Shown here piece by piece: positions 25,698 to 32,000 of a DNA stretch of 32,000 nt. The translations under genes and the position numbers were made by a program. Numbering within the stretch: position 1 is the stretch's first letter; each line of letters begins with the position of its first letter. The stretch lies in NCBI GenBank assembly GCA_030614005.1, contig JAUWKS010000036.1, forward strand, positions 226-32,225, read 5' to 3'. The notes under the pieces are model-generated. The model saw nothing but the letters and a program-made list of their open reading frames with translations. It did no database searches and was not told where the DNA came from. Origin of the DNA: Candidatus Heimdallarchaeota archaeon. Lineage in GTDB: Archaea > Asgardarchaeota > Heimdallarchaeia > JABLTI01.

Positions 25698-25786
25698 ATT
25701 AGCCTTTGTTGAAAAATAACAAAAACGATAAAAGCAAACTTAAATCCAAATAATTAAGAAGATATCAGTAACTGGAGATCATTGAA

Positions 25787-26992
25787 ATGTTAATTGGAAT
25801 CGTTGGTAAACCTTCTAGTGGTAAGAGTACTTTTCTAAATGCTGCTTGTTTAACTTCATCGAAAGTTGGTGATTATCCATTTACTACTATTGAAGCAATT
25901 CCCGGTACAGGATATGTTAGGATACCTTGTGTTTGTAAAGAATTGAATGTAGAAGATAATCCACAAAATTCTATCTGTTTAGATGGTGTGCGATTGGTTC
26001 CAGTTCAGTTACTTGATGTTGCAGGGTTGGTACCCGATGCTTGGAAAGGTCGAGGTTTAGGAAATAAATTGTTGGATGATTTACGAAGAGCAGATGTTTT
26101 AATTCACGTTATTGATTTTTCCGGATCGTTAGATGAGGATGGTAATAATATTGAACGCGGAAGCTATGATCCTGAAAAAGACATTGATTTTCTTAGTTTT
26201 GAAGTAGTAAAGTGGCTCGAGCAAGTGCTCAGGAAAGATTGGACAAGACTAAGCCGAACCTCTGAAACAGAAAGAATACCTATAGACAAGCTTCTTGCAG
26301 AAAAGCTTGCAGGTTTGCAAATAAAAAGAATTCATATCAAGAAAGCACTAACGAAATCAAAAGTAAATATCGCAATTCCAACTAAATGGTCTGATGAGGA
26401 ATTATTACATTTCCTAACTATTCTTCGAGAAGAAGCCAAACCAATGATATTTGCTGCAAATAAAATTGATATAGAAGGTGCCGATGAGAATTTTACTCGT
26501 CTTAAGGAAAAATATGGTAAAGATATAATTCCAAGCTCCGCACTTGCTGAATACTTCCTAAGAAAATATGCTGAAAAGGAAATTATATCCTATACACCTG
26601 GTGATAATGACTTTAAAATTCTAAAACCCGAAAAATTATCTGAAAAGGATTCAGCTTCTCTTGAAAAACTTCGAGTGAATATTCTTCAAAAATATGGTTC
26701 TACCGGTGTTCAAAATCTTATTAACAGGGCTGTTTTTGAAATAATGGATGTAATTTCTGTCTATCCTGTGGAAGATCAGCAAAAGTACACAGATCATAAT
26801 GGAAACGTTTTACCTGATGTGTACCTAGTTCCTAGAGGGACAACAGCAAAAGAATTTGCTGGTATGATTCACCAAGATTTAGCAAAATCATTCATCAATG
26901 CAATAATAGTAAAAACCCAACGAAGAGTAGGTGAAAATTATGAATTACAGGATGGGGATATTATTAAAATAAATGCCGCTGATGGGCAATAA
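25787..26992 (+). CDS. Obg-superfamily GTPase, archaeal YchF/Ygr210-like, with TGS domain
   Basis: GKPSSGKST, YPFTTI, DVAGLVP, GRGLGN, NKID, and TGS segment AGMIHQDL...LQDGDII. Confidence 0.9.
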   Translation: MLIGIVGKPSSGKSTFLNAACLTSSKVGDYPFTTIEAIPGTGYVRIPCVCKELNVEDNPQNSICLDGVRLVPVQLLDVAGLVPDAWKGRGLGNKLLDDLRRADVLIHVIDFSGSLDEDGNNIERGSYDPEKDIDFLSFEVVKWLEQVLRKDWTRLSRTSETERIPIDKLLAEKLAGLQIKRIHIKKALTKSKVNIAIPTKWSDEELLHFLTILREEAKPMIFAANKIDIEGADENFTRLKEKYGKDIIPSSALAEYFLRKYAEKEIISYTPGDNDFKILKPEKLSEKDSASLEKLRVNILQKYGSTGVQNLINRAVFEIMDVISVYPVEDQQKYTDHNGNVLPDVYLVPRGTTAKEFAGMIHQDLAKSFINAIIVKTQRRVGENYELQDGDIIKINAADGQ

Positions 26993-26999
26993 TAATTAC

Positions 27000-27380
27000 A
27001 TGGTGAAAAACTTGAGTAAAGATATAGAAGATTTCCCTAATCTCAAAAAAGAACTTGAAAAGAAAAACAAAGTACTTCCCCTTAAATATGTAGATGAGGA
27101 AAAAGCACAACAAATTGAGGAAGAAATAGAAGAGGAAACTAAGGAAAAAAAGCCTTTGGTTGATCCATATCGATTTGTTGGCTATAATCCTACAGTAATT
27201 GATTTCATTAGACGTTGTGAAACTGAAAAAGATGCTAAGGAGATAATTGACTTTCTAAAGAAAAAGGGTGATTTGACCAAAGAAGACTCAGTAAAACTTC
27301 TAAAACAATTAGAATCGGAAGGTTTGAGAAGCTTTGGTGAGAAGAAGCAAGCGGGTTTTTATTCTAAAAATAACGAGTAG
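27000..27380 (+). CDS. DUF2095-like archaeal protein
   Basis: GYNPTVIDFIRRC...EIIDFL.K.G...GLRSFG.KK..GFY. ATG at 27000 avoids the overlap with the upstream gene. Confidence 0.75.
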   Translation: MVKNLSKDIEDFPNLKKELEKKNKVLPLKYVDEEKAQQIEEEIEEETKEKKPLVDPYRFVGYNPTVIDFIRRCETEKDAKEIIDFLKKKGDLTKEDSVKLLKQLESEGLRSFGEKKQAGFYSKNNE

Positions 27381-27401
27381 TTCACTGATAGTTTTAATTT
27401 G

Positions 27402-28952
27402 TCAGAGTTTAATGAAATCCCATGGGTGCGTTTCTACTTTTTCTCTTTCTTCTGCTAATTTGTTTATGTCTAATCCGAATTCTTTTAGAGCTCTACGCCA
27501 GTCTCCTAGACCTCCTCCAAGTTTTGCAGCAAGTTTCAGAGGTTGTGAAATCTCTTCTCCACTTATTGATAGTATTGTTTGAATTCTAGCCCATTTTGGG
27601 TTATAAATTTCACAGTCAATTTTTGATTTCTTGGAAAATTGTTTTGTCAAATACTTTCCCTTTGCTTGCAATTCACTCAGTGAAAAGATAGATTCATCTT
27701 GATATTGTGTTCGAGGTTTTGGTATAAGATATCCACAAGAAAATCTTATTTTTCTGATATTCTTACCTTCCTTTGCCATTGCGTTTCCTAATCGGACAAT
27801 GCCATCGATATCCTCTTCAGTTTCACCAGGCAAACCTAGAATAAAGTATGCTTTTATTCTCGAGAGACCTCCTTCGGAGGCAATACCAATTGCTTGAATT
27901 ATCTCTTCATCAGTTACTCCCTTGCAAATTTCCTTTCGTAACCGTTCTGTCCCCGCTTCAGGTGCAGTAGTAATTGTTCTTTGTTTGGATTCCACAAGTG
28001 TTTGCACTAATTCCGCGGATATTTTATCAGCGCGGATTGAAGGTAATGAGAAGTTTTTCCCATCTGACAGCATATTTTGTAAAAGTTCAACCAATGGTTT
28101 ATAGTCAGATATCCCAGATCCTATAGGCGTTATTTTGTCTACTTGGCAAGCTTCCGTTCCTAACTGATATAGTTCTACTAATTTTGAGAGAGAACGTGCT
28201 CTTTTTGGTCGAGTTATCTTACTTGTTAAACAGAATGAACATCCTCTATTACATCCTCTGACAACTTCTAACAAAAATGACTTGCCAAAAACGCCATAAT
28301 AAGGATCAGTAATTTCTAGTTGTGGGATGATTTGTTCAATTGGATAAAAATAGTCATCTATATTTCCTTTTGGGGAAAACCTAACTTCTTTATCCTTATT
28401 CAAAGTTGGAACCCAAATCCAGGGAAAACTATCAATAGTTTCAAGTCTACTTTTTCTGGAAGAATTGTTTAGAAATCCTTCATTTATTAATTGATCATTC
28501 ACAGGTTCTAAATCACCGATCATAAAAGCATCAATGAATGGCGACATTGGAACTGGATTTGATTGTGCACTTGGTCCTCCAGCTAGAATTAGAGGGTGCC
28601 GCTCATCTCTATCTTTACTCTCGAGTGGAATACTTGCACGTTCTAGAATATTCAAGATGTTGGTATAGTCATCTTCATATTGCATAGTAAATGCTACTAC
28701 ATCCATTTCTCTCAAAGGTCGATCCGATTCTAAAGTATAAGGTTCAACATTTTTTTTTATTGGTAGGAAAGCTCGTTCACAAGCAACTCTATCATTGGAA
28801 TTCCACAAACGATAAATTAATTGCAACCCTAGAGAAGCCATTCCAGCTCGATAGGTGCTGGGGTAACAAAAAGCAATTTTAAGATTAACTCTCGATAGAT
28901 CTTTCTTGATCGCATTAATCTCTTCTATACTGGCTTCAATTTTGTTACTCAT
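27402..28952 (-). CDS. Radical SAM protein with N-terminal cobalamin-binding-like domain (YgiQ-related group)
   Basis: YPSTYRAGMASLG, ILAGGP, EVVRGCNRGCSFC, TAPEAGTERLR and YFILGLPGET. Confidence 0.85.
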   Translation of the reverse strand: MSNKIEASIEEINAIKKDLSRVNLKIAFCYPSTYRAGMASLGLQLIYRLWNSNDRVACERAFLPIKKNVEPYTLESDRPLREMDVVAFTMQYEDDYTNILNILERASIPLESKDRDERHPLILAGGPSAQSNPVPMSPFIDAFMIGDLEPVNDQLINEGFLNNSSRKSRLETIDSFPWIWVPTLNKDKEVRFSPKGNIDDYFYPIEQIIPQLEITDPYYGVFGKSFLLEVVRGCNRGCSFCLTSKITRPKRARSLSKLVELYQLGTEACQVDKITPIGSGISDYKPLVELLQNMLSDGKNFSLPSIRADKISAELVQTLVESKQRTITTAPEAGTERLRKEICKGVTDEEIIQAIGIASEGGLSRIKAYFILGLPGETEEDIDGIVRLGNAMAKEGKNIRKIRFSCGYLIPKPRTQYQDESIFSLSELQAKGKYLTKQFSKKSKIDCEIYNPKWARIQTILSISGEEISQPLKLAAKLGGGLGDWRRALKEFGLDINKLAEEREKVETHPWDFIKL

Positions 28953-28959
28953 ACCACAT

Positions 28960-30237
28960 TCACTTGTCCTTCTTTTTCTCCTTTGCTTTTATTTTCCAAT
29001 CTTGAGTAATTGTGGGTTGATCAACATAAACAAATTTGCCTGATTCGAGATTTCTTTTAAGAATGACTCCGGTTCCAATTGCAGAATTATTTCCGACAAT
29101 AACACCTGGCATAAAGTAAGTGTTAATGGCTGTTTTCACATTATTACCCATTATTACACCCATCTTTCTTCGTCCAGTAGAAATAACATCTTCTCCTACT
29201 TTTGCTTTCACAGCACTATCATCTAATCTAAGATTTCCAGTAATTGTTCCAGCACCGAAATTGCAGTTTGCACCAATAATAGAATCACCAACATAGGAAA
29301 GATGCCCAATATGTGTTCCATCATAAACAATGGTATTTTTTAATTCACAAGCATTACCAATTCTTATGTTTTTATCTAATGAGACGCCTTTTCTCAGGTA
29401 ACAATTAGGTCCAATATCACAATTCTTCCCTACTGCTAATGGGCCCTCGAGATAACTTCCTGACCTTATTCTTGTCCCCTTCTCTATAGAGACTTTCCCA
29501 ATAATAGTTACATTATCTTCTATTGTTCCGTGATTTTTTTCTTTAATAGTAGTAATTAACACTTGATTTGCATCTAATAAATTCCATAAATAGTTGATTT
29601 TCCAAAATTCTGTTTTCTCGATTTCATACGGCATTGTATTAAAGAAGCTGGCAATTTTCGTACTAACTCTTTGGTAAATATCTGCTACACAAGTTGCTCC
29701 TAGTAAATTGCTCTCGAGATATCTTTTAGCAAAATAAGCAATTCCCATGAACTCTTTGTCCTTATCATCTTCCTCCTCATTCTCTTGTACAAGAGCTAAT
29801 TTATCTGTACCTTGAGTCTTTCGTAAAAAGTCCTCGAAGAATTTTTTAGAGAAAATTACATTACCTTCAATCCATAGAGATTCTTTTGAAAGGAATCCTT
29901 CTAATAAATTGGCAGAAATTTCACGTGATAAACCATTCTTTGAATTCAGCTCAAAGAAATGGAATGGACCAATTTTATTTGGTGGTTCGCTTAAGAGCAT
30001 ATAATCACTTAAAGCCTCTCTAAATCGTACGGTGTCATTCTTAGTGGCAATGATACCAATTTCTTCTACACCGTATTTTTTGGTTATTTTGTATATCCAG
30101 TCAATGATTTTTTTTCCTGCAACGTGAAATAGTGTTGGTGGAGTATTCTCACTTAACGGTAATAATTGTTCTCTGTTTTTTTCTGAAACAAAAACAACCA
30201 ACTTTATTTTTTTCTCTTCCAATATTTCTTCAGCCAT
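28960..30237 (-). CDS. glmU: GlmU-like protein with degenerate nucleotidyltransferase domain and intact hexapeptide (LbH) acetyltransferase domain
   Basis: LbH region IGPNCYLR, IGNACELKN, HLSYVGDSIIG, NFGAGTITGN and RRKMGVIMG. The N-terminal AAGxGxR motif is replaced by VSEKNREQ. Confidence 0.8.
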   Translation of the reverse strand: MAEEILEEKKIKLVVFVSEKNREQLLPLSENTPPTLFHVAGKKIIDWIYKITKKYGVEEIGIIATKNDTVRFREALSDYMLLSEPPNKIGPFHFFELNSKNGLSREISANLLEGFLSKESLWIEGNVIFSKKFFEDFLRKTQGTDKLALVQENEEEDDKDKEFMGIAYFAKRYLESNLLGATCVADIYQRVSTKIASFFNTMPYEIEKTEFWKINYLWNLLDANQVLITTIKEKNHGTIEDNVTIIGKVSIEKGTRIRSGSYLEGPLAVGKNCDIGPNCYLRKGVSLDKNIRIGNACELKNTIVYDGTHIGHLSYVGDSIIGANCNFGAGTITGNLRLDDSAVKAKVGEDVISTGRRKMGVIMGNNVKTAINTYFMPGVIVGNNSAIGTGVILKRNLESGKFVYVDQPTITQDWKIKAKEKKKDK

Positions 30238-30270
30238 ATGCTTCAAATCCTTTTGCAGTAAATTCGATTA

Positions 30271-31650
30271 CTATTTCATTAATATATCAATTTCTTTTTT
30301 CACTAGAGTTGCATAGAAATCTAGCCTTTCTTGGGATTCTTTCTCGCTCATAGCTTGAGATGTAACTCTAAAATAAGGTTCTGTTCCACTAGGTCGAATT
30401 AGAACCCAACTGTCATCTTCAAAATTAATTCGCAAACCATCGATTTTGAGAATATCTTTGTAATTATCTTTACTTGACAAGTCCTTATCGAGAGTTGCTA
30501 GTATTTTTTGTTTGAACTCATTTTCGCAAGGGACTTTTACTCTTTTAACAGGGTAATCGTTAACTTCATCTACCAACTTGCTTAAGGGCCCGCGTTCTGA
30601 AACCCATTCCAGAATTTTCAAACCTGTTAATGGTCCATCCGGACATAGATGATATTTTGGATGAATCCACGCACCACATGGTTCTCCACCAAATAACGCT
30701 TTTTCATTTGCAATCATATTGCCTATAGCAACATCACCAACTTTGGTCCGTTTTACCGTTCCACCAACATTTGTCACTAGTTTATCTATTAACATTGAAG
30801 CATCTACATGAGTAATGATCAATCCTTTCCCAGAGTTTTGTTCGACTACATACTGGGCATAAAGAGCGATTAAAACATCTAATGGTACAAAGCGACCCTT
30901 TTCATCAACAGCTACACAACGATCTGCATCTCCATCAAAAGCTAACCCTATTGCTTTTTCGTTATGATGTTGCACACTTGATATCAGAGCGGCAAGGTTT
31001 TTACCAACAGGTTCGGATGGACGCGCACTGAAGTAGGCATCAAAAATACCATTTATAGTAAGCATATTTAGTCCAAGTTTTTCATATACTTGAGCTACTA
31101 ATTCACTTCCTGCACCCCCACCTGGATCAGCGATTACAGTATTAAATTTCCCTAAGTCAATATTTGATCCTGCATCGAGTAACATTTCCTCATAAATAAT
31201 CGAACCAAATACTTCTCTATCTTCACCAAAGTCTTCCCAAGCTACTTGTTTAAGGGCATTTTCAGCAATAGCTTTCTCAATTTTCGCTTCATCTTCTGGT
31301 GATAAACCCATACTAGTTTTATCGAAAACTTTGATGCCATTATACTCAGGTGGATTATGTGAGGCTGTAAGCATTATTCCAGCACAAGCATTTGTTTTAT
31401 GAGTGTGATAAGCAAGTGCAGGGGTTGGCATAATCCCTTTTCTTTCAACATTACATCCACCGGCTATTATTCCTGCGCTAATTGCATGTTCAACCATTGG
31501 ACCAGTTAAACGAGCATCTCTTGCAAGAATTATTTCTGAACCAGAATTATTACAAATAGCTGTCGAAATTGCCATGCCAACCTTTGAAATAAATTCCGGG
31601 GGAAGATCGGTTACTTTCCGCCGAATACCTGATGTACTGAAAAGCTTCAT
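30271..31650 (-). CDS. glmM: Phosphoglucosamine mutase / alpha-D-phosphohexomutase
   Basis: FSTSGIR, TASHNP (phospho-Ser), FDGDADR, GEPCG and IRPSGTEP. Confidence 0.9.
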   Translation of the reverse strand: MKLFSTSGIRRKVTDLPPEFISKVGMAISTAICNNSGSEIILARDARLTGPMVEHAISAGIIAGGCNVERKGIMPTPALAYHTHKTNACAGIMLTASHNPPEYNGIKVFDKTSMGLSPEDEAKIEKAIAENALKQVAWEDFGEDREVFGSIIYEEMLLDAGSNIDLGKFNTVIADPGGGAGSELVAQVYEKLGLNMLTINGIFDAYFSARPSEPVGKNLAALISSVQHHNEKAIGLAFDGDADRCVAVDEKGRFVPLDVLIALYAQYVVEQNSGKGLIITHVDASMLIDKLVTNVGGTVKRTKVGDVAIGNMIANEKALFGGEPCGAWIHPKYHLCPDGPLTGLKILEWVSERGPLSKLVDEVNDYPVKRVKVPCENEFKQKILATLDKDLSSKDNYKDILKIDGLRINFEDDSWVLIRPSGTEPYFRVTSQAMSEKESQERLDFYATLVKKEIDILMK

Positions 31651-31830
31651 TGAGTGTTCAACCTGTGTAGAATATCTATAGTATCAAAAAAGAATAGCAT
31701 TCAAAAATTTATCCTTAAAAAACACAAACATTATTAGAAGAAAGAAAGAAAGAAAAAGAGGATTTTTCCTCGCAAATATTTACGAGGTGGGTTATACCTT
31801 TAGACTAGACTATTACAGTAGTTGAAAAAA

Positions 31831-31998
31831 TCAACCTGTTTCAACAAAATACTTTGAAGATCGCATATCTAATAGGTATGGTGCCTTTTTAACTAGGCCC
31901 TCTTTCGTTAAACGTTTTAAGGCATATCTAACAGTTCTTGGTGCGAGATCGCATTTTAGAATTAAGTCCTTTGAAGTCAAAGGTCCCTGTTCAGATAA
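31831..31998 (-). CDS. 3' part of a small archaeal wHTH (MarR/TrmB-like) regulator; start lies outside the window
   Basis: Manual translation LSEQGPLTSKDLILKCDLAPRTVRYALKRLTKEGLVKKAPYLLDMRSSKYFVETG*. Confidence 0.8.
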   Translation of the reverse strand, partial: LSEQGPLTSKDLILKCDLAPRTVRYALKRLTKEGLVKKAPYLLDMRSSKYFVETG

Positions 31999-32000
31999 GA

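Noticed and set aside
720-30353. The many 60-115 aa ORFs antisense to or nested within long genes (e.g. 720-1067, 9440-9736, 10636-10971, 17748-18059, 18701-19057, 20046-20333)
   Set aside because: They are shadow ORFs of well-supported genes on the opposite strand or frame and have no motifs of their own.
1-32000. CRISPR array, IS element, integrase or prophage
   Set aside because: No regularly spaced direct repeats, transposase or integrase motifs, terminal inverted repeats or viral hallmark genes seen by eye.

Overview
AT-rich archaeal chromosomal window with no CRISPR array, tRNA/rRNA or recognisable mobile element. The eukaryote-like proteins (a Rab-like small GTPase, an Rpn11/CSN5-like JAMM protease, HEAT-repeat and coiled-coil proteins), the archaeal housekeeping genes (rpl7ae-rps28e-rpl24e, SRP RNA, fni, tsr3, Obg-family GTPase, glmM/glmU) and a kynureninase point to an Asgard archaeon, plausibly Heimdallarchaeia-like (inference, not searched). 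Several things are missing from or mis-called in the supplied ORF track. (1) An SRP RNA lies at about 13036-13341. (2) An FMN alpha-hydroxy-acid oxidase is broken by a 1-nt insertion that perfects an 8-bp hairpin. (3) A 42-codon remnant of the aconitase A C-terminus lies directly behind that oxidase. (4) A 5'-truncated histidine phosphatase fragment sits at the left edge and a partial wHTH gene at the right edge. (5) A putative kink-turn leader precedes rpl7ae. The best candidate for an undescribed system is the co-directional block at about 17.3-22.7 kb: HEAT-repeat protein, tail-anchored JAMM protease, tail-anchored Fe-S protein, Rab-like GTPase with coiled coil, polybasic patch and Zn ribbon, plus a divergent long coiled-coil protein. 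This could be a membrane-associated GTPase/deubiquitinase module, but the functional linkage is a hypothesis. All family assignments come from motif recognition by eye; no database searches were run.
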